This document shows, piece by piece, positions 21,941 to 31,973 of a DNA stretch of 64,000 nt. The stretch is from Dehalococcoidia bacterium UBA1328. GTDB taxonomy: Bacteria > Chloroflexota > Dehalococcoidia > Lucifugimonadales > Lucifugimonadaceae. The notes under the pieces were generated by a model. It ran no database searches. It was given only the letters and a program-made list of their open reading frames with translations, and was not told the origin of the DNA. Numbering within the stretch: the first letter of the stretch is position 1; each line of letters begins with the position of its first letter. The position numbers were made by a program, and so were the translations under genes. The stretch spans positions 92,236-156,235 of the forward strand of contig DBTA01000037.1 in the NCBI GenBank assembly GCA_002306815.1. Direction: 5' to 3'.

Positions 21941-22975
21941 CTAGAGCGCAGCGCGTGCTTCGCGCAGAAGTTCATCAGTGGTCTCCCAGTTGATGCATGC
22001 ATCGGTAATTGAGACACCGTACTTCAGATCCTTCGGATCGCCCAGTGACTGGTTGCCTTCGTTTATGTGGCTTTCGAGCATCACGCCGATAAGGCCTTTG
22101 TTGCCCGCGTTCCGCTGCCGAAGGGCTTCTCGGAACACGATCGGCTGGCGGTTGTGATCCTTGTTGCTGTTTGCGTGCGAACAGTCGACAACGACGTTAG
22201 GACGAAGTCCAGCTGCTTCCAAAAGGTTGCCAGCCATAGTCACAGATTCTTCGTCGTAATTAGGTCCGGATGCGCCACCTCGAAGGATCAGATGCTGAGC
22301 CTTGTTTCCCGCCGTGTTGACGATAGACGCTCGTCCATCCATATCGATTCCAAGGAATGCATGCGGTGATCGAGCGGCAGTCATTGCATCAACAGCAATT
22401 TGTAGCGTGCCACCGGTACCGTTCTTGTAACCAATTGGCATTGAAAGACCGCTAGCCATTTGTCGGTGAGTCTGGCTTTCTGTCGTTCTTGCACCAATTG
22501 CACCCCACGAAATAAGATCGGCGAGATACTGCGGGGTGAACGGATCAAGGAATTCCGTTCCAGCAGGAAGTCCTAGTTTTAGCACTTCGATAAGGAAACC
22601 ACGCGCGCGGCTCAGGCCGGTTTGCATATCGAACGTGCCATCGAGATTCGGGTCGTTGATGAGCCCCTTCCAACCAACAGTGGTTCGAGGCTTTTCAAAG
22701 TAAACCCGCATTACAACGAGGATCTTGTCCTTCACTTCTTCGGCAAGCACTGCGAGTCGCTTTGCGTATTCGAGTCCGGCTTTTTCGTCGTGGATAGAAC
22801 AAGGGCCAACGAGCATGACCATACGGTCGTCCTTGCCCTGTTCGATGTTTTCGATTTGTTCGCGTGCGTCAATCACCGTCTTGGCGATCTCTGGAGTGAT
22901 CGGCTGCGACTCTACGTAAGACCGCGGAGAGCTCAGCGGGGAGAGGTTGGTGACTCGAACGTTTGATGTAGACAT
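21941..22975 (-). CDS. aroF: 3-deoxy-7-phosphoheptulonate (DAHP) synthase, class I-alpha
   Basis: GPCSIHD, MRVYFEKPRTTVGWKG, AIGARTTESQTHR, KNGT.G, VDCSH.NS and YGVSITDACI. The aroF/aroG paralog label is nominal. Confidence 0.95.
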   Translation of the reverse strand: MSTSNVRVTNLSPLSSPRSYVESQPITPEIAKTVIDAREQIENIEQGKDDRMVMLVGPCSIHDEKAGLEYAKRLAVLAEEVKDKILVVMRVYFEKPRTTVGWKGLINDPNLDGTFDMQTGLSRARGFLIEVLKLGLPAGTEFLDPFTPQYLADLISWGAIGARTTESQTHRQMASGLSMPIGYKNGTGGTLQIAVDAMTAARSPHAFLGIDMDGRASIVNTAGNKAQHLILRGGASGPNYDEESVTMAGNLLEAAGLRPNVVVDCSHANSNKDHNRQPIVFREALRQRNAGNKGLIGVMLESHINEGNQSLGDPKDLKYGVSITDACINWETTDELLREARAAL

Positions 22976-23115
22976 GACTGGTTTGGGTTTTCTAAGTAGT
23001 TGTTGAATGAAATAAGTTGGTAAGAGCGTGATTCAGTCAGTCGGACCCGCACAGTTGCTAGTTGTCGGTGGGGGCGCTTCGTGAATCCAACTGGGCTGCG
23101 GACGATCAGGCAGTC

Positions 23116-23274
23116 TTAGCTGCGATATGAACGTCCGTTCGTAAACAGCCCGCCGGTATAGCTATAGCTGAAATACTCGGAACTGTACGAAGCGGAGCGC
23201 GAATAGACGAAACCAGCAGAGCGGAAGCCTTGTGGGAATGAGAATTCGATTGTCTGTAGTGTGCGCTCGGACAT
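23116..23274 (-). CDS. Putative Phe/Tyr-rich leader peptide (52 aa) upstream of DAHP synthase
   Basis: Manual translation MSERTLQTIEFSFPQGFRSAGFVYSRSASYSSEYFSYSYTGGLFTNGRSYRS* has 6 Phe, 6 Tyr and no Trp. It starts 5 nt after the aroH stop and is followed by alternative hairpins. Confidence 0.65.
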   Translation of the reverse strand: MSERTLQTIEFSFPQGFRSAGFVYSRSASYSSEYFSYSYTGGLFTNGRSYRS

Positions 23275-23279
23275 GTCTC

Positions 23280-23660
23280 TTATGGGTTGACCGTAGAAAG
23301 ATCGGGACGAAGTTTAGCAGCATTATTGAGGTATGCGTGCGTGATTTCGTTCTGAGCTTTATCGGTGTTCCAGAAGATAAGTATACGGATACATCGTTCC
23401 AGTGCACCGGGTCGAGCCATTTCGTGTCCGCACATCAACGGAACGTCATTCCAGTCAAATCTTTCTCGTGCGGCGACCGCTGGAAATTCAGCAACTAGGT
23501 CAGGGCTTGTTGAGAACTGAACAGCCGCAACATCGTCCTGATCGATTCCGTTTGCCTCGATAAGTGCCTTTAGGAGTTGTTCAGTCGCCGCCAGAACATC
23601 GTCGGCGGTTGTTCCATCGGTGGTTGTAGCGCCCTTTACGCCTCGAACCTTCATAGCCAA
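23280..23660 (-). CDS. aroH: Chorismate mutase, AroH class
   Basis: VRGVKGATT, F..SPDL.AEFPA.AAR, VPLMC..EM, CIRILI.WNT and H.YL..A.KLRPDL. Confidence 0.93.
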   Translation of the reverse strand: MAMKVRGVKGATTTDGTTADDVLAATEQLLKALIEANGIDQDDVAAVQFSTSPDLVAEFPAVAARERFDWNDVPLMCGHEMARPGALERCIRILIFWNTDKAQNEITHAYLNNAAKLRPDLSTVNP

Positions 23661-23727
23661 TCTGTGCTTCCTGGAGTTCTGGAGTTGTGATTCGCAGTTT
23701 CCGATAATCGTCGGAATTTATGGCGAC

Positions 23728-24546
23728 CTAGTTTGCCACGACTTTGCGCGTCGTGCCGGGTAATAGCGACTTTATATAAGCACCAACGCGATCGGCGGCT
23801 CCATAAGGATCGCCTTCTGAGAGAGTGTTGATCACTTTCGTACCGATTACTGCGCCATCCGCAAAACGTGCGACATCTTCGACGTGACCGACATTAGAAA
23901 TTCCGAATCCGATCCCTACTGGCAGATCGGTGTACTGTCGAACCAACCGGGCGAGATCTTCAACTCTGTCAGAAGCCATTTCTCGCGTGCCGGTCACGCC
24001 TAGAATCGAGACGCAGTAGATAAATCCTTTGGCCCGTTTACAGGCGTGTTCAATCGAATGTTCGGTCGATGTAATCGCAACAAGCGGGACAAGAGCAAGT
24101 CCCGTTTCGTCACAAGCGTCTTGTAAGGGACCTGCTTCGGCGGCTGGAAGATCGGCGGCAATTATGCCATCGAGACCAACTTCGACTCCGGTTTCACAGT
24201 ATTCCTTTAGCCCAATGTTGAGAATCGTGTTGTAGTAGCCCATGAAAATCAGGGGGACATCGATCCCTGCAGCTCTGATTTCTCGGACGGCCTGGAAACA
24301 ATGCCCAGGTGTGATGCCGTTGAGCAACGCCTGATGACCCGACGCCTGGATAGTTGGACCATCGCCCAGCGGGTCAGAGAAAGGGACTCCGAGTTCAATT
24401 ACGTCTGCGCCGTTGTCGACAAGCGCTTTCACGATTTCAGTTGTTTGGCCTACCTCTGGATAACCAACAGTTACATAGGCCACGATCGCAATTCGACCTT
24501 CAGTCTTTGCATCCTCGAATGCTGATCTTATTCTATCGGTCGTCAT
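23728..24546 (-). CDS. trpA: Tryptophan synthase alpha chain
   Basis: YVTVGYP, IELGVPFSDPL.DGPTIQ, MGYYN, GFIYCVS..GVTG and GFGIS. Confidence 0.96.
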   Translation of the reverse strand: MTTDRIRSAFEDAKTEGRIAIVAYVTVGYPEVGQTTEIVKALVDNGADVIELGVPFSDPLGDGPTIQASGHQALLNGITPGHCFQAVREIRAAGIDVPLIFMGYYNTILNIGLKEYCETGVEVGLDGIIAADLPAAEAGPLQDACDETGLALVPLVAITSTEHSIEHACKRAKGFIYCVSILGVTGTREMASDRVEDLARLVRQYTDLPVGIGFGISNVGHVEDVARFADGAVIGTKVINTLSEGDPYGAADRVGAYIKSLLPGTTRKVVAN

Positions 24547-24591
24547 TTAGATCGATGTTTCCTTAGAAGATTTCGTTGTGTTTATTTCGGG

Positions 24592-25521
24592 TCAACCAAC
24601 ATCAATATACTTAGCTACAAGTACTGCAACCGTGTTGTGCAGACCGTGAGCGAACATAGCAGGCCAAATTGAACCGGTTTTAAGGTACACCCAGCCGAGT
24701 GCCAATCCCAACGCGAATGTTGGCACGATGGCACCCGGATCAACGTGAAAAAGACCGAATACAAAAGAGGAGAGGAGTAGAGAACGTCCGACTCCAACCC
24801 TTTTTATGAGCCCGGGCAAAACGTAGCCACGAAAGAATATTTCTTCGGCGGCGGGTCCAATCATTCCGACGAGAATTATAGTGACAATGATGCTCCCACC
24901 GGCTTCGTCGAGTGCTCGCTGGGCAGTATCCGGCGGGATCAGCGAGTCGACATCTAACCACAAAAGTAGTTGGACCCAGAACATCAGCACGCTGAGTCCG
25001 ACAAGCCAGATTCCGACCGAGAATAAGTAGGGCTTGAGTCCTTTTGTCCTAACGAATCCGACGGAACTGAGAGGTGCTCTGAATCGAACTACTGAGAAGG
25101 CAAGTCCGGTCGCAGCGAACGTGACTGACATTGCTGTCGCAGCAATTATTCCAACAGGTACACCTAAAAATTGAGCTGATCCATCGCCCTTATCAGAACC
25201 CAATATGTAGCTGATAACGACGATTCCGATACCCGAGACGAGTGAAACAGCTATCGGCCATAGAGGCGAGCTGAACAATCGCAGAAGCACGAACGCCAGG
25301 GTAGTGGAAAGAATCCCAACCATGTAGCCCGCGGGCGACGTGACGGTCGTTTTGAAACCAGCGTCAGTGCCATATGCACCGCCAACGCTAAGGATGGAAA
25401 TAACGATCAGCATCGTCACTGTTGCCGCCAACACCACATCCATAGGTCCCCATTTCACATTGGGGATCGTGAGCTCCTTCCAGCGGTCATCTGGCATGTG
25501 CGGCTGTTGCGGTGGTATCAC
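24592..25521 (-). CDS. CPBP (CAAX/Abi) family intramembrane metalloprotease
   Basis: Multiple TM segments with EEIFFRG, FGLFH and AHGLHN motifs. Confidence 0.9.
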   Translation of the reverse strand: MIPPQQPHMPDDRWKELTIPNVKWGPMDVVLAATVTMLIVISILSVGGAYGTDAGFKTTVTSPAGYMVGILSTTLAFVLLRLFSSPLWPIAVSLVSGIGIVVISYILGSDKGDGSAQFLGVPVGIIAATAMSVTFAATGLAFSVVRFRAPLSSVGFVRTKGLKPYLFSVGIWLVGLSVLMFWVQLLLWLDVDSLIPPDTAQRALDEAGGSIIVTIILVGMIGPAAEEIFFRGYVLPGLIKRVGVGRSLLLSSFVFGLFHVDPGAIVPTFALGLALGWVYLKTGSIWPAMFAHGLHNTVAVLVAKYIDVG

Positions 25522-25554
25522 GGGGATTACTCGTTAATGTGCGCCATCGAGAAG

Positions 25555-26229
25555 CTAAATCGAAGCCCAGGTGACGTCACCGTAAAGATCGGAGTCGAGT
25601 GGCTTAGAAGAGAATTGTCTAAATTCTCGTTTTGACTCGCCGATCGTCGTAAATTCTCCGTGGCCTGGAAGCACAACGGAATTTTCGGGAAGGTTGAAAA
25701 TGTGCGTTTCGAGCGAGTCGATTATTTTCCGTAACGCTTTGTTTGATGATGACTTTCCAGGACCACCCGGGAAGAGAGTATCGCCGGTAAATACGTGTGC
25801 AGGTTCGCCTTTCGATTTTGACGCGTCGGATTCGAGCACGTAGCAAGTCGATCCTGGAGTGTGCCCCGGCGTGAAGAGTGACTTCAACGTAATGTCGCCA
25901 ACTCGAACGAGCATCCTCGTTTCGATACTGACCGAAAAGGGAGCAGTCTCAGGTAGGGCTTCTCGATCGAGAGCTCCGATCCTAGTTGGCACTGGGAATT
26001 TTTCGATCACATTCTCGTAACCCTCAACGTGATCGCGATGTCCGTGTGTAATCAAAATAGTTCCGACAGTTGTTCGACTCGCCACTTTGATCAGTTCATG
26101 TGGATCAGCTGGAGTGTCGATGATGACGGAGCTGCCGGTTCGTGCACAGGTGATTAGAAACGCGTTGTTTGCGAAACCAGAAATGAATCGATCTATCGTC
26201 CAATATTTTCCGGTGAATACGTTGCTCAT
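25555..26229 (-). CDS. MBL-fold metallo-hydrolase (glyoxalase II-like)
   Basis: THGHRDHV, TPGHTPGS, FTGDTLF and PGHG. Confidence 0.92.
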   Translation of the reverse strand: MSNVFTGKYWTIDRFISGFANNAFLITCARTGSSVIIDTPADPHELIKVASRTTVGTILITHGHRDHVEGYENVIEKFPVPTRIGALDREALPETAPFSVSIETRMLVRVGDITLKSLFTPGHTPGSTCYVLESDASKSKGEPAHVFTGDTLFPGGPGKSSSNKALRKIIDSLETHIFNLPENSVVLPGHGEFTTIGESKREFRQFSSKPLDSDLYGDVTWASI

Positions 26230-26251
26230 TTGGTGCGGACATGTTACCGAT

Positions 26252-26288
26252 AAAAAGAAGCGGCGCTTTATGCGCCGCTTCTTCGTTT
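26252..26288 (-). terminator. Intrinsic terminator after ftsH
   Basis: AAGAAGCGGCGC-loop-GCGCCGCTTCTT hairpin, followed by a T-run on the minus strand. Confidence 0.8.
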
Positions 26289-26310
26289 GTATTTGCTAAG
26301 ACTCGTCGAG

Positions 26311-28248
26311 TTACGTTGCCTGTGGCTCCGGGTCGACTGCATCACCGGATTCATCGTCAAGCTGACCCGTAGGAGCAGAAGGCTCGTCGGGCAGCGTTGG
26401 GTCATCAACGACCATTGGGCTGGCGAGGAGCGGGTCTCGACCTTCAATAATTGCGACAAATTGATCGGAGTCGATTGTTTCGTGTTCTAGCAGGAACTCG
26501 GCAATACCTTCTAACTCTTTGTCGTGGTCAGTGAGCAACTGGTTTGCCCGGTCTTCACCTTCCTTAAGAAGACGGTTGATCTCGTCGTCAATCAAGCTTT
26601 CTGTCTTGAGGGAGTAGTCACGTTCTTCAGACATTTCGCGTCCAAGGAATACGGCACCCCCCTGGCGTTTGCCGAACGATCGGTTCGAGAGCTTTTCGCT
26701 CATACCAAGTCGCATGACCATTTCGCGAGCAATCGACGTTGCCTGTTCGAAGTCGTTGGATGCACCGCTAGTGACATCACCGACTTTCAGAACTTCAGCT
26801 GCTCGGCCACCCATTGCGGCCGCAATTTGTGCTTCTAGCTGCTCCTGAGAGTGATACGACTTGTCTTCCTGCTGCCAGCGGGTGAATCCACCAGCCTGAC
26901 CTCGAGCAATGATCGAGATCTTGCCGATCGGCGATCCGCCAGGCATTAGGTGTGCAACAAGGGCATGACCTGCCTCGTGGTAGGCAGTGATTCGTCGATC
27001 TTTTTCGCTAATCACCTTGCTCTTTCGTGCGGGACCCATCGATACCCGGTCTATCGCTTCTGTCAAATTTTCGTAGCTGATCAATTTTTGGTTAGCACGA
27101 GCTGCCAAAAGAGCGGCTTCGTTAATCAGATTCGCTAAGTCAGCTCCCGAGAAACCAGGTGTTTGTTTCGCAATGTTTGCGAGATCTACACTCTTGTCGA
27201 TGGGTTTGCCCTTTGCATGCACGTCGAGGATCGCTGTGCGTCCACGAATGTCAGGACTGTCGAGAATTACTCGGCGGTCAAAACGACCGGGGCGTAGCAG
27301 CGCAGGGTCAAGAATGTCGGGTCGGTTAGTTGCGGCTATGACGATTACATTGGTCGTCGAATCGAAACCGTCCATTTCGACCAACATCTGGTTGAGGGTC
27401 TGCTCACGCTCGTCGTGACCACCGCCTAGACCGGCACCTCGGTGTCGACCTACAGCATCAATTTCATCTACGAAGATGATGCAAGGTGAGTGTCGTCTGG
27501 CCTGTTCAAACAGGTCTCGGACACGTGATGCACCAACACCTACGAACATTTCAACGAACTCGGAACCCGAGATTGAGAAGAACGGCACTCCCGCCTCGCC
27601 AGCCACAGCGCGGGCAAGGAGTGTTTTACCAGTACCTGGAGGTCCTACCAACAGGACTCCGGCAGGGATTTTGGCTCCGAGTGCCTGGAAGCGTTCTGGG
27701 TACTTGAGAAACTCAACAACTTCTTCGAGCTCTTCTTTGGCTTCAGGCACACCGGCGACATCGAAGAATGTAACCGTTGCCTTTGTGCCGATGAACATTC
27801 GAGCCTTGCTCTTACCGAAGCCCATTTGCTGGTTACTATTGCCCTGAGCCTGACGCATCATGAACAGGATCAAGCCACCGAACAGGATGAGCGGTAGGAA
27901 GCCGATGAGGATTCCTAACAGATTTCCGAATCCGGTCGATCCTTTGACATTCACCGAGTAGTTGGAGTTCGGCACCCCGGCGCTACTTAGTAAATCGGCA
28001 ATACTCGATCCTTCTTCTTTTCTAGATTTAAATACGTTGGCACCATCGGTGATGGTCAGGGAATCGCCCGAAACTTCGATTTCGAGTTTTGTTGATCCGC
28101 TGCTCTTCTTCGCCAACTCGACGACTTCGTTTATGCCGACCTCTTGATCTCCATTCAGTGGCTGGTCGACAAACATGAAGAAGATTGTGATCACTGCGAT
28201 GATGATCACGAGGTAGACGAGGCTGTTCCGCATCCAGCGGTTGCTCAT
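26311..28248 (-). CDS. ftsH: ATP-dependent zinc metalloprotease FtsH
   Basis: Two TM helices, Walker [39 protein letters not shown] and HEAGH. Confidence 0.98.
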   Translation of the reverse strand: MSNRWMRNSLVYLVIIIAVITIFFMFVDQPLNGDQEVGINEVVELAKKSSGSTKLEIEVSGDSLTITDGANVFKSRKEEGSSIADLLSSAGVPNSNYSVNVKGSTGFGNLLGILIGFLPLILFGGLILFMMRQAQGNSNQQMGFGKSKARMFIGTKATVTFFDVAGVPEAKEELEEVVEFLKYPERFQALGAKIPAGVLLVGPPGTGKTLLARAVAGEAGVPFFSISGSEFVEMFVGVGASRVRDLFEQARRHSPCIIFVDEIDAVGRHRGAGLGGGHDEREQTLNQMLVEMDGFDSTTNVIVIAATNRPDILDPALLRPGRFDRRVILDSPDIRGRTAILDVHAKGKPIDKSVDLANIAKQTPGFSGADLANLINEAALLAARANQKLISYENLTEAIDRVSMGPARKSKVISEKDRRITAYHEAGHALVAHLMPGGSPIGKISIIARGQAGGFTRWQQEDKSYHSQEQLEAQIAAAMGGRAAEVLKVGDVTSGASNDFEQATSIAREMVMRLGMSEKLSNRSFGKRQGGAVFLGREMSEERDYSLKTESLIDDEINRLLKEGEDRANQLLTDHDKELEGIAEFLLEHETIDSDQFVAIIEGRDPLLASPMVVDDPTLPDEPSAPTGQLDDESGDAVDPEPQAT

Positions 28249-28610
28249 GTGTCCTGGCCGTCCTGTCGCTGTTAGTTAGTCGTTGCGATCGAATTCATCT
28301 CAGTTATTTGCATGAATTTTTCTTAGTGAAGATTCGATAGATTTTTATTAGCCAAAATCATGCGGACTCGTAAGCCCGCCACTGTGCTGTAATCCTACCA
28401 TAGCGGTGATTCTCAACCGCATTGGAATGTGCTCGTTATACGTGAAGAAATCCTGAAGAGATTCGTACTCCTATCCAATTGAGTATCTCAGCTCAGGTTG
28501 CTATATTGGAAGTTCGACTATTTTGATACTGTGGAGTAGCGCGCGCTGAGTGAGTAAGAAGGTGCAAACGGATCCGGATGAATCCAACACGTATCTAGAG
28601 GAGAACGAAC

Positions 28611-29210
28611 ATAGCAAAAGAATTTAGGGTGAACCGACGAATTCGGGCTGATCAAGTTCGGGTAATTCGTGGTGAATATTCGTCTGAGTCAATGGTGATG
28701 GGCATCCGTGATGCGATTGATCTTGCTCAACGAGAAGGCCTCGATCTTGTTGAGGTCGGCCCTAACCAAAATCCGCCAGTTTGTCGCTTGTTGGATTACG
28801 GTCGATTCAAATTTATACAGAGCAAAAAGCAACGAGAAGCTCGCAAGGTTTCTCGAAGCACTAGCAAGCAGAAGGAAGTACGCCTTAGTCCGGTAATGTC
28901 AGATAACGACATCGAGACAAAAATCAAGGTGACTAAAACTCTTCTCGCTGAAGGTGCCAAAGTCAGGGTCTTCGTCAGATTCCGAGGTCGGCAGCGAGCT
29001 CATCCGGAAATGGCAATGAAAGTTTTGAGGAAGGTTGCCGAAGGTGTTGCTAGTGTCGCAAAACTGGAGAAACCGCCTGGAATGGAGGGTCGCGTGCTAA
29101 GCATATTGCTGGCACCTTCGCCTCAACAGCAACAGCGAGACCGACAGGGAAAAGCAGGTCCAGTAGCAGCAGCGAGCGCGCCGACTGAAGGCGAGTCTGC
29201 AACCGAATAG
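28611..29210 (+). CDS. infC: Translation initiation factor IF-3 (probable non-canonical ATA start)
   Basis: N..IRA..VR, LDLVEV.P...PPVC.LLDYG.F and FRGRQ. An SD (GAGGAG) precedes the in-frame ATA at 28611 (IAKEFRVNRRIRA). Confidence 0.93.
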   Translation: MAKEFRVNRRIRADQVRVIRGEYSSESMVMGIRDAIDLAQREGLDLVEVGPNQNPPVCRLLDYGRFKFIQSKKQREARKVSRSTSKQKEVRLSPVMSDNDIETKIKVTKTLLAEGAKVRVFVRFRGRQRAHPEMAMKVLRKVAEGVASVAKLEKPPGMEGRVLSILLAPSPQQQQRDRQGKAGPVAAASAPTEGESATE

Positions 29211-29272
29211 CAAAGCTCAGGCTCAGTAGTTCTACGCCTGACCACGAAGATTGAGAACGGAATAAATCTGAC

Positions 29273-29476
29273 ATGCCGAAGATGAAGACCCACAAGGGCG
29301 CCAAGAAACGTTTCCATGTTAGTGGAACGGGCAAGGTGCTTCGAACGAAGGGTCCGAAGAGTCACTTCCGACGACGAAAGGCCGCACGTGTAAAGCGGTT
29401 GTTCGGAGGCAAGGTAGCGCTCGATTCGAAGACATTCTCAAAGACCATAAAGCAGTCGCTCAGCGCCCTTCGCTAG
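29273..29476 (+). CDS. rpmI: 50S ribosomal protein L35
   Basis: MPKMKTHKGAKKRF..SGTGKV; infC-rpmI-rplT order. Confidence 0.97.
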   Translation: MPKMKTHKGAKKRFHVSGTGKVLRTKGPKSHFRRRKAARVKRLFGGKVALDSKTFSKTIKQSLSALR

Positions 29477-29559
29477 AAGTCACTGCACAACATCATCATC
29501 TGAGTTCATCGTTGGGGCTACATCGGATGCTCTGCGATTGACTGCCAAGGAGACTTACA

Positions 29560-29922
29560 TTGGCCAGAGTTAAAGCCGGTAAAACTACACGACGACGTCA
29601 TAAGGCTGTACTGAAGGAGACGCGAGGACATCGTGCTTCACGAAGCCGACGCTACAAAGTTGCCCGAGAGTCGCTGACTCACGCACAGGCATATTCAACT
29701 TCTCACCGACGTCTCAAGAAGCGAACCAACCGATCGCTACAGATTGTTCGAATCAACGCAGCAGCCCGAGCGCTCGGTATCAACTACGCCAGCTTGATAC
29801 ACGGTATGTCTCTAGCTGGTATTGAGATTGACCGAAAGTCACTCGCTGAACTCGCCGTCCGCGAGCCAGAGGGATTTTCTCAGGTAGTGGAGACTGCCCG
29901 TGCGGCTCTTCCGTCAAGCTAA
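29560..29922 (+). CDS. rplT: 50S ribosomal protein L20
   Basis: ARVK.G..TRRRHK, RINAAAR and IDRKSLAELAV. TTG start with AGGAG SD. Confidence 0.97.
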   Translation: MARVKAGKTTRRRHKAVLKETRGHRASRSRRYKVARESLTHAQAYSTSHRRLKKRTNRSLQIVRINAAARALGINYASLIHGMSLAGIEIDRKSLAELAVREPEGFSQVVETARAALPSS

Positions 29923-29938
29923 CTGTAAAGCAACTCTT

Positions 29939-30922
29939 TTATTCGGTAGAGTCGACAGTTGAAGAGTTTGAATTTCGAGGCGCGCCAAGGTGCAACTCGA
30001 AGAATTTAACGATCTTTTCAATGTAGGCCTTCGGCTGAGTTCGAAATGCCCCGGTGTGCCCGGCATCCGGGACCATCCAAACGGATCCCTGACCCATCTC
30101 GATTTCATCAAAGCTCGCACCTATCGCCCGCCCCAATAGACGGGCGTGTTCAACAGGTACTTCTGAATCTTCTTCGCCGTGGATTATCAACACTGGGGTG
30201 TCGGATTGAGCAATCGCTCTTGCTGGTGAAATTTCACGCACGTCGATTCTGTACAAGGTGCGTGCCATAAACTCCATACCGGGCAGCCAGGCCCGTAGCG
30301 GACGCTTGAATCGGGTCATCGAGTGTTTGAACATGAGTCCTAGATCAGCAAAAGCGCTGTCGGATACGACCGCACCGTAAGTATTTGGGTTCGATCCTGC
30401 CAGGAGCGCCACAACGCCTCCCAGAGAGAAGCCGAGTACTCCGATTCTGCTACTGTCGGCACCGCGGCTAACCAGAAAGTCGGAAGCGCCTTGTAGATCG
30501 AGCCGTTCGAAGTAGCCGGAAGAGGAAAGTTCGGTGGGGGAGTCGCCTCGGCCTCGAAGATCTAACATCAAAACTCCAAAGCCCTGGCGGTGTAGTTCTC
30601 GGGCAATTCTCATGGTGCCAATTTTCGAATCGCTGCGACTGGTATTGTCGCCGTTGACCATGGCGATCCACGAGTTGCCGCTGGCTATAGGCTCAGGTGT
30701 ATGGGAAACCGGTTCAGGTGGAATGAACCAGCCGGAAAGTTCGGCATCGCCACCCCGGCTACTGAAATGAACGTCTTCGTAGTCGAGACCTATCGAAGTG
30801 GGATCTTCTTCGGGTCTCACTCGCGTGGTTTGAGTTAAACGCGCCGCCATAGCGGAAGACACGCCAATGTAACTCCCGCCAGCGAGTCCGAGCAGAGTGA
30901 ATGTTCTTTTGAGAAATCCCAC
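29939..30922 (-). CDS. Alpha/beta hydrolase with N-terminal membrane anchor
   Basis: LSGWFIP, DLRGRGDS, nucleophile GFSLGG, LIIHGEED..VP and AGH. Confidence 0.88.
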   Translation of the reverse strand: MGFLKRTFTLLGLAGGSYIGVSSAMAARLTQTTRVRPEEDPTSIGLDYEDVHFSSRGGDAELSGWFIPPEPVSHTPEPIASGNSWIAMVNGDNTSRSDSKIGTMRIARELHRQGFGVLMLDLRGRGDSPTELSSSGYFERLDLQGASDFLVSRGADSSRIGVLGFSLGGVVALLAGSNPNTYGAVVSDSAFADLGLMFKHSMTRFKRPLRAWLPGMEFMARTLYRIDVREISPARAIAQSDTPVLIIHGEEDSEVPVEHARLLGRAIGASFDEIEMGQGSVWMVPDAGHTGAFRTQPKAYIEKIVKFFELHLGAPRNSNSSTVDSTE

Positions 30923-31031
30923 GCCGAAATCCTACAGCGAAGCTCTCTTTGTTGCTCGGGTTGAGCGGCGGGCTTTCGATGCCCAATTAAGAACATCGTG
31001 CGGAACGGCGTGATTGTTATCGCTCAATGAA

Positions 31032-31934
31032 TCAGGCGATAACCGAGTCGACCATCACGAGTACGAGCACAAGAGCCAAATATAGCAGGGAATATTTGTA
31101 TACTCGCGTTGCTGTTGGCTTGTCGGGAATCCGGATCAATTTGTAGGCGTACCATAAAAACGCAAGGTTAAGCGCTATTGCACCAATCATGTACGTCCAG
31201 CCAAGGCTCTCGGTCACGACTCCAAACAGAATCGTGAGTGGGGCAAGAATGACCGTGTAGAGCGTTATTTGCACAGTGGTGAGCCTAACTCCACGAACGA
31301 CTGGCAACATTGGGATGTTTGCCTTTGCGTAGTCGTCTTTGATCATGATCGCCAACGCCCAGAAATGAGGCGGTGTCCAGAAGAAAATGATGATAAACAT
31401 GTACCACGCCGAGAGATTGAGCGTATTTGTCCCAGCGGCGAATCCGACCAACGGCGGTACTGCACCGGCGGCTCCACCCAACACGATGTTTTGCGGTGTG
31501 GTGCGTTTGAGAATCACCGTGTAAAGGCCGAAATAGAGCACTGTTCCCGTAATAGCCAGTACTCCAGCAAGGACGTTAGTCATTAGCGAGAAAATCGCGA
31601 ACGAGCCGGCGTTTAGGGCAAGACCGAAGAGGGCAGCTGTTAAAGGCGATATTCGTCCCTCAGCGACAGGGCGATTCTTAGTCCGTCCCATCTTCTGGTC
31701 GATCTCGCCTTCGTAAGCCATGTTGAGCGAAGCTGCCCCACCTGAGGCGAGCGCTCCACCTATCAGCACAGCGAGAAGTACTTCCATGGTTGGTGTGCTT
31801 GCGGCACCGAGGAAAGCGCCGGCCACGGCTGAAACCAGTAGGAGTGACATTACCCGCGGCTTGGTGAGGGCGATGTAATCGTTCACCACGGTCATCACCG
31901 AGTGACGCTCAACTGTCTGGTCGGGTGTAGTCAT
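31032..31934 (-). CDS. ctaB: Heme O synthase (protoheme IX farnesyltransferase)
   Basis: LTKPRVM.L, ID..M.RT..RP, LKR.T.QNIV.GG.AG, FFWTPPHFWALA and DDY..A.IPMLP. Confidence 0.96.
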   Translation of the reverse strand: MTTPDQTVERHSVMTVVNDYIALTKPRVMSLLLVSAVAGAFLGAASTPTMEVLLAVLIGGALASGGAASLNMAYEGEIDQKMGRTKNRPVAEGRISPLTAALFGLALNAGSFAIFSLMTNVLAGVLAITGTVLYFGLYTVILKRTTPQNIVLGGAAGAVPPLVGFAAGTNTLNLSAWYMFIIIFFWTPPHFWALAIMIKDDYAKANIPMLPVVRGVRLTTVQITLYTVILAPLTILFGVVTESLGWTYMIGAIALNLAFLWYAYKLIRIPDKPTATRVYKYSLLYLALVLVLVMVDSVIA

Positions 31935-31973
31935 ATATAGATATTAGATGTTTAGAGGCATAGAGTCACGAAA

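Noticed and set aside
23162-23407. 81-aa minus-strand ORF in the track as the leader peptide
   Set aside because: It overlaps aroH out of frame. The 52-aa ORF starting right after the aroH stop fits better.
28249-28610. L20 leader RNA upstream of infC
   Set aside because: Plausible by position, but I could not identify a supporting motif or structure.
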